Below, piece after piece: positions 28,087 to 35,844 of a stretch of 54,289 nucleotides of DNA. This DNA is from Minisyncoccota bacterium (GTDB lineage Bacteria > Patescibacteriota > Minisyncoccia > 2-02-FULL-40-12 > GWA2-44-9). Numbering within the stretch: position 1 is the first letter of the stretch; each line of letters begins with the position of its first letter. The notes beneath the pieces were generated by a model, which was not told where the DNA came from, searched no databases, and saw only the letters and a list, made by a program, of their open reading frames with translations. A program made the translations under genes and the position numbers. The stretch spans positions 1 through 54,289 of the forward strand of contig JAGOPO010000003.1 of the NCBI GenBank assembly GCA_017992005.1, given 5' to 3'.

Positions 28087-28436
28087 TGGAGATGTGGGGA
28101 ATCGAACCCCAGTCCACTACGATGACCGACACGACGTACTACCAATGTATCCGATTCGGTTGTTCGCCTGCGCGTAGGGAACCGGCAAGATAAGCGCAGA
28201 CTATCATGATCTTAGGTTCGGAGAGTCACGACATGAAGGTGACTAACCAGAGCGAGCTAGATGACACCGCAGAATCCCGTAGCAAGCGTCAGGGTGCGAT
28301 GCGCGACGCCCTTAGGCGAACGCGTAATTGGCGGTTGAATAGCCAGTTATATGTTTGACCAGTGTTTAGTGCGGTTACTGGCCGACCGCATATGGCATCG
28401 TGTGGGCATGAAGCAGTGTCGAAACCGATCATCCCC
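28087..28436 (-). ncRNA. ssrA: tmRNA (SsrA), about 350 nt
   Basis: The 5' end is GGGGATGATCGGTTTCGAC and the 3' end is GGGGTTCGATTCCCCACATCTCCA, with a G3:U70 Ala-type acceptor. The candidate tag reading frame GGC UAU UCA ACC GCC AAU UAC GCG UUC GCC UAA (GYSTANYAFA) lies at 28312-28344. CCA is not encoded. Confidence 0.85.
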
Positions 28437-28445
28437 ATAGAACGT

Positions 28446-28474
28446 ATTATACTACAAAAATTGACAAATTGCAA
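28446..28474 (-). promoter_or_regulatory. ssrA promoter TTGCAA-N17-TATAAT
   Basis: The -10 box ends 9 nt before the GGGG 5' end. Confidence 0.7.
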
Positions 28475-28488
28475 CAGTGCTATAAAAT
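28461..28488 (+). promoter_or_regulatory. Divergent promoter TTGACA-N16-TAAAAT for the Cys-rich operon
   Basis: Interleaved with the ssrA promoter on the opposite strand. Confidence 0.6.
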
Positions 28489-28518
28489 CAGATTCGTTCG
28501 AAATTAGGAGGCATGAAT

Positions 28519-28788
28519 ATGTGGGTAGATGGCGGGTTCGTTCCCAAGGGGGAGCTCTGCACGAAGTGCGATGGGCGAGGATCGGAATCTCGTGGCATTA
28601 CTGCGCGTCATGCTGATGGTTCGGTGTGTGACACTCGGGATGTCGTGTGTGTACTGTGTACGCTGTGTGGCGGTACGGGGCGAGCTACGAAGAAAAAAGC
28701 CCCCGTCTATCTGTCGCCAGCACTTCGATGGGTGCTTCAGGCGTCTCGCATTGCGGCTCGTATTCGCAGGAGTCGAATACGAAGATGA
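28519..28788 (+). CDS. Small protein with two DnaJ-type CxxCxGxG zinc-finger motifs
   Basis: CTKCDGRG and CTLCGGTG. An AGGAGG RBS lies 7 nt before the ATG at 28519; the track start at 28513 is too close to the RBS. Confidence 0.55.
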   Translation: MWVDGGFVPKGELCTKCDGRGSESRGITARHADGSVCDTRDVVCVLCTLCGGTGRATKKKAPVYLSPALRWVLQASRIAARIRRSRIRR

Positions 28789-28808
28789 GTACAACAAGGA
28801 GAGAGAGC

Positions 28809-29108
28809 ATGACACGAAAGCGACGTACGCGATTTTCGGTACCACGTCTTCATACGAAGATTGCTCCGGAATTTTGTACAACATTTCTCGAGGCGGAAGG
28901 ACGGAAGATGTGTGCGAGTGAACAGCCGCGGCAACATCCGAAACGTCCCCTGCATGCGCAAGTATGGCTGTCGAAGATTGCCGTAAATGCGTTGAAGGGG
29001 TTCCGTCGCAACCACGGGCGGTATCCGACTCGTGAGGAAGCGCAGAAGATTCTCAAGAACCTGTTTACGCCCTGGTGGCCGGATCTTTCCAAAGGAGCAA
29101 AGAAATGA
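28809..29108 (+). CDS. Small basic hypothetical protein
   Basis: An AAGGAGAG RBS precedes MTRKRRTRF. The track ORF start at 28647 overlaps the upstream gene. Confidence 0.5.
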   Translation: MTRKRRTRFSVPRLHTKIAPEFCTTFLEAEGRKMCASEQPRQHPKRPLHAQVWLSKIAVNALKGFRRNHGRYPTREEAQKILKNLFTPWWPDLSKGAKK

Positions 29109-29401
29109 ATGCAATGAAGGTGCTGTGCACGATTCGGGAGTATTTTTTCGGAAGCAAGCGATTGCCGCAGAGCGTGCTCGATGAGCATGAACGAGTTATG
29201 CGTCGCTCGTGTCGATACTGCGATGATGTGGCAACACGCGTGGTGTATCACACGCATGATTCCTGGGATACACCGGCGGGAACGACGAATCGTGGCGCGG
29301 TGATCTACGTGTGCAATAAGCCAGAATGCATCACGAAGTCCAAGGAGCACCCGTCGTTGAAGTGCGAAGAATACCCGTGGCCGTTTCCGAGAGCCGCGTA
29401 G
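29105..29401 (+). CDS. Small Cys-rich protein
   Basis: ATGA coupling to the upstream gene and an AAAGGAG RBS. Motifs CRYCDD...VCNKPEC. Confidence 0.55.
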   Translation: MNAMKVLCTIREYFFGSKRLPQSVLDEHERVMRRSCRYCDDVATRVVYHTHDSWDTPAGTTNRGAVIYVCNKPECITKSKEHPSLKCEEYPWPFPRAA

Positions 29402-29405
29402 TTAC

Positions 29406-29431
29406 ATCCCGCCACAGAGGCGGGATTTTTC
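29406..29431 (+). terminator. Intrinsic terminator
   Basis: ATCCCGCC-ACAGA-GGCGGGAT followed by TTTT. Confidence 0.85.
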
Positions 29432-29582
29432 TTGGCGTGCATCGATGTGCCGGCGTCGCGCAACTGTCATATCGCTGGCACGACGCGGCGTCTTTTCATG
29501 CTTGAAAAGCGCCTCCGCTCTCGTCCTCACGGACTCCGAGATGGTCGTTCCATCGATATGCCAGTTTTACTTACGAGCGAGC

Positions 29583-29742
29583 CCAGTCGCTATACCCCAG
29601 CGAACCCTAGTAAAGCGGCTCGCGCATACCCTTGGCAATCGTTATGAATTCCGCTAGGACCAGCGTCCTATTTGCTGGGCCGCAGGAATTCATAGAGTGC
29701 ACTACCCCTGTAGCGAGGGGTGAGTCGGGGTATAGCGACTGG
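29583..29742. repeat. 160-bp element bounded by 16-bp perfect inverted repeats (MITE-like or structured RNA)
   Basis: CCAGTCGCTATACCCC ... GGGGTATAGCGACTGG. A nested 10-bp palindrome pair is TATGAATTCC/GGAATTCATA. CGAGCGA occurs next to both ends. Confidence 0.4.
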
Positions 29743-29749
29743 CGAGCGA

Positions 29750-30196
29750 CTATTCTTCGCTCATACCGCGCATGCGAGAGCGGGCGGTATCTTTCTTTTT
29801 GATGCTTTCGCGTTTGTCGTGTTTCTTTTTTCCGCGAGCAACACCGACTTCTAATTTGATGAGTCCTTTTTTCCCGTAGAGGCGAATCGGTACGAGGGTG
29901 ACGCCGTGTGATTTTGTGAGGCCGGCGAGATTATCCAGTTGTGACCTGGTGATGAGGAGCTTGCGATCGATTTGCTCTTTATAGTCATCGGGGACGTTGC
30001 CGGGTTGATAGGGTGATATGGATGCACCGACGAGCCAGAGCGCGCCTTTGATGCTGCGTACATAGGAGCCCTTAATGCTCACCTTGCCAGTCTTGATGCT
30101 TTTGACTTCGAACCCGCGCAATATCATCCCAGCCTCGAGTGTTTCGAGGATTTCATAATCAAACCGTGCGCGTGGATTGGTGGCGAAGTCTGCCAT
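29750..30196 (-). CDS. smpB: SsrA-binding protein SmpB
   Basis: NPRARFDYEILETLEAGMILRGFEVKSIK... Confidence 0.95.
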   Translation of the reverse strand: MADFATNPRARFDYEILETLEAGMILRGFEVKSIKTGKVSIKGSYVRSIKGALWLVGASISPYQPGNVPDDYKEQIDRKLLITRSQLDNLAGLTKSHGVTLVPIRLYGKKGLIKLEVGVARGKKKHDKRESIKKKDTARSRMRGMSEE

Positions 30197-30227
30197 AGCG
30201 ACACTATACGTAAAACCGGCAGTTCAC

Positions 30228-30749
30228 TCAAACGGAGGAGGGTGCGAGTTTGGCGCTGATGATGGTGGCGATGTACCCGACGAGGATTCCTAAGAAGGCG
30301 CCGACAAGAATGTCGAATGGCCAATGAGCGGCTCCAACAACGCGTGCGATGCCCATGATCGTTGCGCCAGCAAACAACCAGCGCCCAAGACGAACATCAG
30401 ATCGGTAGGCAACCATTGCGAGTGCAAAAAAGAAAATTGCGTGGCCTGAAGGGAGTGATTGGAGCTGCTCTCCAGCATCCTGTGAGATGACTGCGTGCGC
30501 ATCGGGAAGAGCAGCGTACGGTCGAGCACGCTCTACAAAAGTGATAATGAGTGTTTTGACACCGAATCGCGCGATGAAAGCGGCGCCTAGTCCAGAAATG
30601 AGCAAGGCGTATTTTCGGGTAGGCCACAGCGAGGCGCCGATAAACAATGCAATGAGAGCGTACTGCAGATACGAGGCGAGCGCCACAATGACGCCGTCGA
30701 AACCGTGTCCGACAAAACTATTGAAGAATCGAAAAAGTGCGAGGTCCAT
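30228..30749 (-). CDS. PAP2-family phosphatase (undecaprenyl-diphosphatase-like)
   Basis: SLPSGHAIFFF and ARVVGAAHWPFD are PAP2 motifs. TAATG coupling to the HtrA gene. Confidence 0.8.
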   Translation of the reverse strand: MDLALFRFFNSFVGHGFDGVIVALASYLQYALIALFIGASLWPTRKYALLISGLGAAFIARFGVKTLIITFVERARPYAALPDAHAVISQDAGEQLQSLPSGHAIFFFALAMVAYRSDVRLGRWLFAGATIMGIARVVGAAHWPFDILVGAFLGILVGYIATIISAKLAPSSV

Positions 30750-31798
30750 TAGGTGCGCTCAGCGAGCGTGATGGAGCACTCGTGCTCTTTGCCCTCGCGG
30801 AGATAGGTGACAGCAATGGCATCGCCCACTTTGTGCTTCTGGAGCATATCGCTCAAATCGGTGCCCGGCGCGATGTCGATGCCATTGAGCTTCGTGATGA
30901 GGTCGTGTTCTTTGAGTCCCGCTTTTGCAGCTGGCGAATCCACAAGCACCGCTGTAGCGTCGGGGCGGTGATCACGAATAACCATGGCGCCATGATCTGC
31001 CGCGAGCGCATAGCGATGTGCGAGCTCGGGAGTGAGCATGATGTACATGAGGCCGAGGTATGGCTTGATGATGCGGCCATGCGCGAGAATATCTTCGAGG
31101 TCACCCTTGGCCCATGAGATAGGGAGGGCGAAGCCGATGTTCTGTGCGCCGAAGATGACGGCAGTGTTGATGCCGACCACCTGACCTTCCAGATTAATAA
31201 GCGGTCCACCAGAGTTGCCTTGGTTGATGGCAACATCAGTCTGAATGACACCACGCAGCTGCTCCATGTGTGCGCCTGGCTCGCCGCCAAGTGATGCGGA
31301 GATACTGCGAGAAATGCCTGAGATGATGCCCTTGGAGACGCTATTGGAGAAGAGGCCGAGCGCATTTCCGATGGCAAGCACGGTTTGGCCTAATTCAATA
31401 GGAAGTCCTGTGGCGAGTGTGGCGTGAGGGAAGTCGGCGCCTTCTATCTTTAATACAGCGATGTCGTTGATGGGGTCGCGACTCAATACTTTGGCGGGAT
31501 GCTCGCTGCCGTCGTTGAGCACGACGGAATAATCAGCTTGTGTATCAAAGACAACGTGCTTGTTGGTGAGGATGATGCCAGTGGGGTGCACGATAAAACC
31601 CGAGCCACCGCCTACTTTTACTTTCTGTCCGGCACCGTCTTCGACGTCGCCAAGCATAAACGGATTGAAGAGCTGCGACGGATTGATGTCGTGCATCCGA
31701 GGCAAATATTTTGATACCACTACGCTCACTACTGCGGGTGCTACTTTTTTGACTGCATCGATGGGGAGTTTGTCGTAAGTATGTGCGTCCATAGCCAT
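30749..31798 (-). CDS. HtrA/DegP-type serine protease with PDZ domain
   Basis: GSGFIV..TNKHV, DIAVLK and GNSGGPL form the catalytic triad context, followed by a C-terminal PDZ domain. The start is set at MAMDAHTY; the longer track ORF (to 32059) would overlap the divergent gene. Confidence 0.8.
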   Translation of the reverse strand: MAMDAHTYDKLPIDAVKKVAPAVVSVVVSKYLPRMHDINPSQLFNPFMLGDVEDGAGQKVKVGGGSGFIVHPTGIILTNKHVVFDTQADYSVVLNDGSEHPAKVLSRDPINDIAVLKIEGADFPHATLATGLPIELGQTVLAIGNALGLFSNSVSKGIISGISRSISASLGGEPGAHMEQLRGVIQTDVAINQGNSGGPLINLEGQVVGINTAVIFGAQNIGFALPISWAKGDLEDILAHGRIIKPYLGLMYIMLTPELAHRYALAADHGAMVIRDHRPDATAVLVDSPAAKAGLKEHDLITKLNGIDIAPGTDLSDMLQKHKVGDAIAVTYLREGKEHECSITLAERT

Positions 31799-31913
31799 CA
31801 GTATGCCGATACCGTCGCGAGACTTCAAGGGTGACGCGAGAGCTTTGACAAGAACGATGAAGAATTGTACCGTAGCGCGCAATGTACGTTTACAACGAAG
31901 GAGGGTTCTCGTC

Positions 31914-32735
31914 ATGTACGAACGCCACATTCGAGAGGCAGTGAAACACGCAGTTCCTGACGTGCTATCGCGTCGGCTGGTGCGACGTGTCGGTGGGGCA
32001 TCAAAGGCGGACACCGCTCGAGCAAGTCGTATTCGCAGTAGTACCACCATCGCTACCATGCAGTATCGTGATGGAATTCTGTGCGTGGCAGATCGCCAAA
32101 CGAGCGGGTGGGGTTACTCCATTATTTCGCAGCGGTCTATCAAGATCACGCCGGTTTCGTCGCATAGTGCGCTCTTGGGTTCGGGATCGGTAACCGATAT
32201 CCAGCTGGCATATCAGACGCTGCAAAACGTGAATAGTGAATTCGAAGAAGACAACAATGACGATGCGCTCTCGCTTGCGGGACAGGCGCATGTGTTGTCT
32301 CAGTGCTTTCGCTATTGGAGCCAGGAGTACGGCGCGAAGTTCTCGGTGGGAGTGATTCTCGCCGGATTCGATAGCATCAACGGTCCGACTATGTTTTCGG
32401 TGGATGATGATGGGTGTGCTATGCGTCGTACCGAGTTTGCAACCGCAGGCTCAGGCGGTGAACGCATCGAGGATCAGTTCGACGCTCGCTGGGAGCCAAA
32501 TCTTCCCTTTGAGAGAGCGCTCGATGTTGCTATGCATGGCATGATTCATTCGGGGATGCGCGACTCTGGCTCATCCTCTCCTATCATCGCGCTGCCTACA
32601 GTCGTGGTGGTTCGCAACGACGGCGTGCACACGATTCGTGAGCGCGTCATCGAGCGAGCTCTCGGGCATGCATTGCTCTCGAAGCGCCACGTACGTCGAA
32701 GTTTTGCGCACGCACTCATCGGAGGGAAGAAGTAA
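31914..32735 (+). CDS. 20S proteasome beta-subunit-like Ntn hydrolase with propeptide
   Basis: An AAGGAGG RBS lies 8 nt upstream. A propeptide of about 45 aa is followed by TTIATMQYRDGILCVADRQTSG (Thr1, Asp17), a Lys at about position 33 and ATAGSGGE. I align it along its length, from memory, with actinobacterial PrcB. Confidence 0.75.
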   Translation: MYERHIREAVKHAVPDVLSRRLVRRVGGASKADTARASRIRSSTTIATMQYRDGILCVADRQTSGWGYSIISQRSIKITPVSSHSALLGSGSVTDIQLAYQTLQNVNSEFEEDNNDDALSLAGQAHVLSQCFRYWSQEYGAKFSVGVILAGFDSINGPTMFSVDDDGCAMRRTEFATAGSGGERIEDQFDARWEPNLPFERALDVAMHGMIHSGMRDSGSSSPIIALPTVVVVRNDGVHTIRERVIERALGHALLSKRHVRRSFAHALIGGKK

Positions 32736-33382
32736 TGTCTACTGAGTTAGCGGTTCCGGCGGTTGTTGCGCTCCATGATTACAAAAAGGCAGACGCTAGT
32801 CGGCGTATGGCAAAAACGTTTGTCGCCTTTGTTCGGGTGGGCCGAGCAAAAAAGAAGGCATCCGGATATATCGTGTTTTCAGCGAATCGTCCGCTGAGGG
32901 CGTTTCGCCACCCTAATTTCGTTGCGTTCTGGGCAGCACCTGAACTCGAAGGTTTGCATGTGGTCAATGCGATTCTCGATAGTGCACGACAGGCAAATCG
33001 AGATACGTATCTTGATGAAAACTTCCACGATTCGATGGTTATCTCGGCGATAGGTGGCTGTGCGCGTGGCGTGATGAACGACAAAAATATTCCGAAGGCG
33101 CTTGCCTTTGGTCTCATTACTGTCGACACGCATGCCAATGTGACTGCCGCGATGGGAAGCGGCGAGACGCTCGCAGAGGAGTCAGTGTCGCGTCGTGCGC
33201 CGAAGATCGTCATCGCAGGGTGTACCGACATACCGACGCGACGCGCGATTAAGGACCTGCTTACGAAGTATCTCGTGAAGGGGTCTGGTAGCGATGTTGC
33301 TCGCAAGAAGCTCGCCCGTGAGATTCGCAAGCTCACTGGCTTGAAGATGACCGGTTCGTTGATAGTGGCGGATGAGTCGTAG
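32735..33382 (+). CDS. Candidate proteasome alpha-like partner subunit (divergent)
   Basis: TAATG overlap with the beta-like gene, and the beta-then-alpha order matches prcBA. Resemblance to PrcA is only weak (VAFWAAPE, IVIAGCTDIP..AIKDLLTKY). Confidence 0.4.
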   Translation: MSTELAVPAVVALHDYKKADASRRMAKTFVAFVRVGRAKKKASGYIVFSANRPLRAFRHPNFVAFWAAPELEGLHVVNAILDSARQANRDTYLDENFHDSMVISAIGGCARGVMNDKNIPKALAFGLITVDTHANVTAAMGSGETLAEESVSRRAPKIVIAGCTDIPTRRAIKDLLTKYLVKGSGSDVARKKLAREIRKLTGLKMTGSLIVADES

Positions 33383-33387
33383 TTCAG

Positions 33388-33430
33388 CGCTTTGATAGTA
33401 TCCCTTCGGGGAGCTGTCAAAGCGTTTTTT
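33388..33430 (+). terminator. Intrinsic terminator of the proteasome-like pair
   Basis: CGCTTTGATAG...CTGTCAAAGCG forms an 11-bp stem with one G:U pair, followed by TTTTTT. Confidence 0.85.
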
Positions 33431-33472
33431 GTTGGGGTTACGCTACGCCACGAAACCTGCTATATTTTCACC

Positions 33473-35134
33473 ATGTTTCGAACGTGGCTTCATACAACTC
33501 TGGAAAGCGCATACCCCGGCCATGCTTTTGATGTGCTCGTGCCGCCTGATGCCAAGATGGGTGACTACTCGGTAAACCTCGCCTTTGTCGTGGCAAAATC
33601 ACTGCAAAAAAGTCCTCGTGATGTTGCGCAAGCGATTTGCGATCTTCTCATGGCGCAGGGAGCGGAGATGATTGAGCGCTGTGAGGTCGCGGGCCCGGGA
33701 TTTGTGAATGTTACACTGCGCGATACGTGGCTGCAGGAGCAGTTTTCGCATCAGAAGATTCGCGATGTGGGGCATGGAGCGCGCGTGATTCTTGATTGTT
33801 CTGCGCCCAATATCGCCAAGCCGATGCATGTGGGGCATCTGCGCTCGACGATCATCGGCGATGCGCTCTCTCGTGTCTATCGTGCGCTGGGATACGAGGC
33901 GATGCGATGGAATTACATTGGAGATTGGGGGACGCAATTTGGTCGTCTCATTGCAGCGTTTAAGAAATACAATGAGCCCGTCGCGTCGGTGGATGATTTG
34001 GTGGCTCTCTATGTGCGGTTTCACGCTGACATGAAAGAAGATCCGTCGCTTGAGCAATTGGGCCGCGCTGAGTTTAAGAAGCTTGAAGATGGTGATCAAG
34101 AAAATCGCGCACTGTGGCTTCGCTTTCGCGAGCTTTCAATGGCGGAGTATCAGCGAACCTATGAGCTCCTCGATGTCGGATTCGAAGTCACAAAGGGTGA
34201 ATCGGAGTATGAGGCCGAGCTTGCTCCGCTCATTGAGCGATTGCAGGCCGCAGGCATTGTGCATGAGAGTGAGGGGGCTCTCGTGGTGAATCTCGACGAT
34301 GAGGGGTTGCCGGTGGCGCTCGTTCGCAAGTCCGATGGCGCAACACTCTACCTCACGCGTGATGTGGCATCGCTCGAGGACCGTATCGCAACGTATGCTC
34401 CTGCCAAGGCGTTGTATGTCGTGGCCAATGAACAGGCGCTACATTTTGAGCAGTTCTTTGCGACGACACGCAAGATGGGGATGGCGGCACTCCCTGAATT
34501 GGTGCATGTAAAATTTGGACTTGTCCTGGGAGCGGATGGAAAGAAATTTTCGACACGTGAGGGCAACGCGGTGCCATTGCAGAGTATTATCGATGAGAGT
34601 ATTTCCCGTGCCGATGCTATTGTGCGCGCGAAAAACACATCACTCACCGATGAAGAAGTGTCCCGCGTTGCGCGAGCGGTGGGAATTGGAGCATTGAAAT
34701 ACAACGACCTGCGCCAGCATCCCTATTCGGACATTGTCTTTGATTGGGATTCCATGCTGGACATGAGCGGCAACTCCGGGCCCTATCTGCAGTACACGTA
34801 TGCTCGTCTTCGCAATATTGTCGCCACCGTTGGCGTGGTTGGCGCTGCGGATCGTTCGCTGTTGGTGCATCCCGCAGAGCGTGCACTCATGCGACACCTA
34901 TTGGATTTTGAATACGCCGTGCAGACGTGCGCGGAGCATCACACGCTCAACGCGCTCGCGCTCTACTGCTATGAGCTTGCGGTGATTTGCAACCGCTTCT
35001 ATGAGCAGGTTCGCATCAATGATGATGCCAGCGACGAGCGAAAATCTGCCCGCATACTTTTGGTTGATGAGGTTACCGAAACGCTCAAGCAGGGGCTTGA
35101 GATTCTCGGCATACAAACACCGGAGCGTATCTAG
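33473..35134 (+). CDS. argS: Arginine--tRNA ligase
   Basis: APNIAKPMHVGHLRS is the HIGH region, and the anticodon-binding C-terminus is present. Confidence 0.95.
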   Translation: MFRTWLHTTLESAYPGHAFDVLVPPDAKMGDYSVNLAFVVAKSLQKSPRDVAQAICDLLMAQGAEMIERCEVAGPGFVNVTLRDTWLQEQFSHQKIRDVGHGARVILDCSAPNIAKPMHVGHLRSTIIGDALSRVYRALGYEAMRWNYIGDWGTQFGRLIAAFKKYNEPVASVDDLVALYVRFHADMKEDPSLEQLGRAEFKKLEDGDQENRALWLRFRELSMAEYQRTYELLDVGFEVTKGESEYEAELAPLIERLQAAGIVHESEGALVVNLDDEGLPVALVRKSDGATLYLTRDVASLEDRIATYAPAKALYVVANEQALHFEQFFATTRKMGMAALPELVHVKFGLVLGADGKKFSTREGNAVPLQSIIDESISRADAIVRAKNTSLTDEEVSRVARAVGIGALKYNDLRQHPYSDIVFDWDSMLDMSGNSGPYLQYTYARLRNIVATVGVVGAADRSLLVHPAERALMRHLLDFEYAVQTCAEHHTLNALALYCYELAVICNRFYEQVRINDDASDERKSARILLVDEVTETLKQGLEILGIQTPERI

Positions 35135-35550
35135 GAGCGCGCCTTCCGAAGAGTCCACACGGCCAACGCGAGGGCTCCGAGGGTGTCTGCGACCAGATCG
35201 CCCAGCGTGTCGGTGAGGTCACCACCACTGAAGTAGTGGTACAGCCATGGCGTTTGCGCGCGCGTGTAGCTAGAAAGATATTCTGCCCACTCCCAGACAA
35301 CGCCAATGAAGGCAGTCACGGAGACAACGATGAGTGCTTGTTTCCACCAGCTCATGGGGGTGACTTCATCCTGCATGAGCGAGAGCGCAAACCATGCGGC
35401 TACAGCTCCACCTAGAAAGTGGAGCGCTTTATCAAATTGAGGGATGCGGTAGTAGAGCTCGTAGTACTCGCCAATGAAAAGGCCAACAAAAATGAGTAGG
35501 AATCCAGCGATGACCGGATAGCGCGTTCGAAGATGTTTGAGCATACCCAT
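35131..35550 (-). CDS. Hypothetical 4-TM membrane protein
   Basis: 139 aa. It overlaps the argS stop and is preceded by a structured leader. Confidence 0.6.
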   Translation of the reverse strand: MGMLKHLRTRYPVIAGFLLIFVGLFIGEYYELYYRIPQFDKALHFLGGAVAAWFALSLMQDEVTPMSWWKQALIVVSVTAFIGVVWEWAEYLSSYTRAQTPWLYHYFSGGDLTDTLGDLVADTLGALALAVWTLRKARS

Positions 35551-35572
35551 AGTGTATCACGAGAAAGAAGAA

Positions 35573-35775
35573 CCCCTACTGAAACAGTAGGGGGTGCTCG
35601 GGCGACTTCGAATTTTCACGTAGCAGGGTGGTATCTCTGTGGCGACTTCGCACAGCCCGGAAGCCATGGTTCAGCGTCTCCCACCTATTTCAGCGCAGCT
35701 ACGATGTTAATTTCTCGGTCCATCATGCGGAATTCGAATCCGCTAAGGCCATACCCCTGATGTGTTGCCCGAGCG
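35573..35775 (-). promoter_or_regulatory. Structured leader of about 200 nt (riboswitch or attenuator candidate, class not recognised)
   Basis: The promoter is TTGACA-N17-TAGTAT (35804-35809 is the -35 box). A long-range helix pairs CUCGGGC with GCCCGAG. A T-arm-like hairpin GCGGA-UUCGAAU-UCCGC is complementary to AUUCGAA near the 3' end. The terminator CCCCUACUG-UUU-CAGUAGGGG plus a U-rich tail lies 22 nt before the ATG. Confidence 0.4.
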
Positions 35776-35811
35776 TTATAATACTAGCATATCGAAGGCG
35801 TTTTGTCAAAT

Positions 35812-35837
35812 AAAAACCCTCGCTGATGAAGCGAGGG
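35812..35837 (-). terminator. Cassette terminator
   Basis: CCCTCGC-loop-GCGAGGG followed by UUUUU on the minus strand. Confidence 0.75.
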
Positions 35838-35844
35838 GTGCGAG

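Noticed and set aside
31803-32059. Long N-terminal extensions of both the proteasome-beta-like ORF (start 31803) and the HtrA ORF (start 32059)
   Set aside because: The two extensions overlap each other on opposite strands. The ATG at 31914 has a strong AAGGAGG RBS, and MAMD at 31798 leaves a normal divergent intergenic region.
35715-35750. tRNA gene or tRNA 3' fragment (att remnant of the island), suggested by GCGGATTCGAATTCCGC
   Set aside because: No acceptor, D arm or anticodon arm can be built around it. The following bases do not repeat the 3' end of the initiator tRNA. It fits better as a hairpin within the leader RNA.
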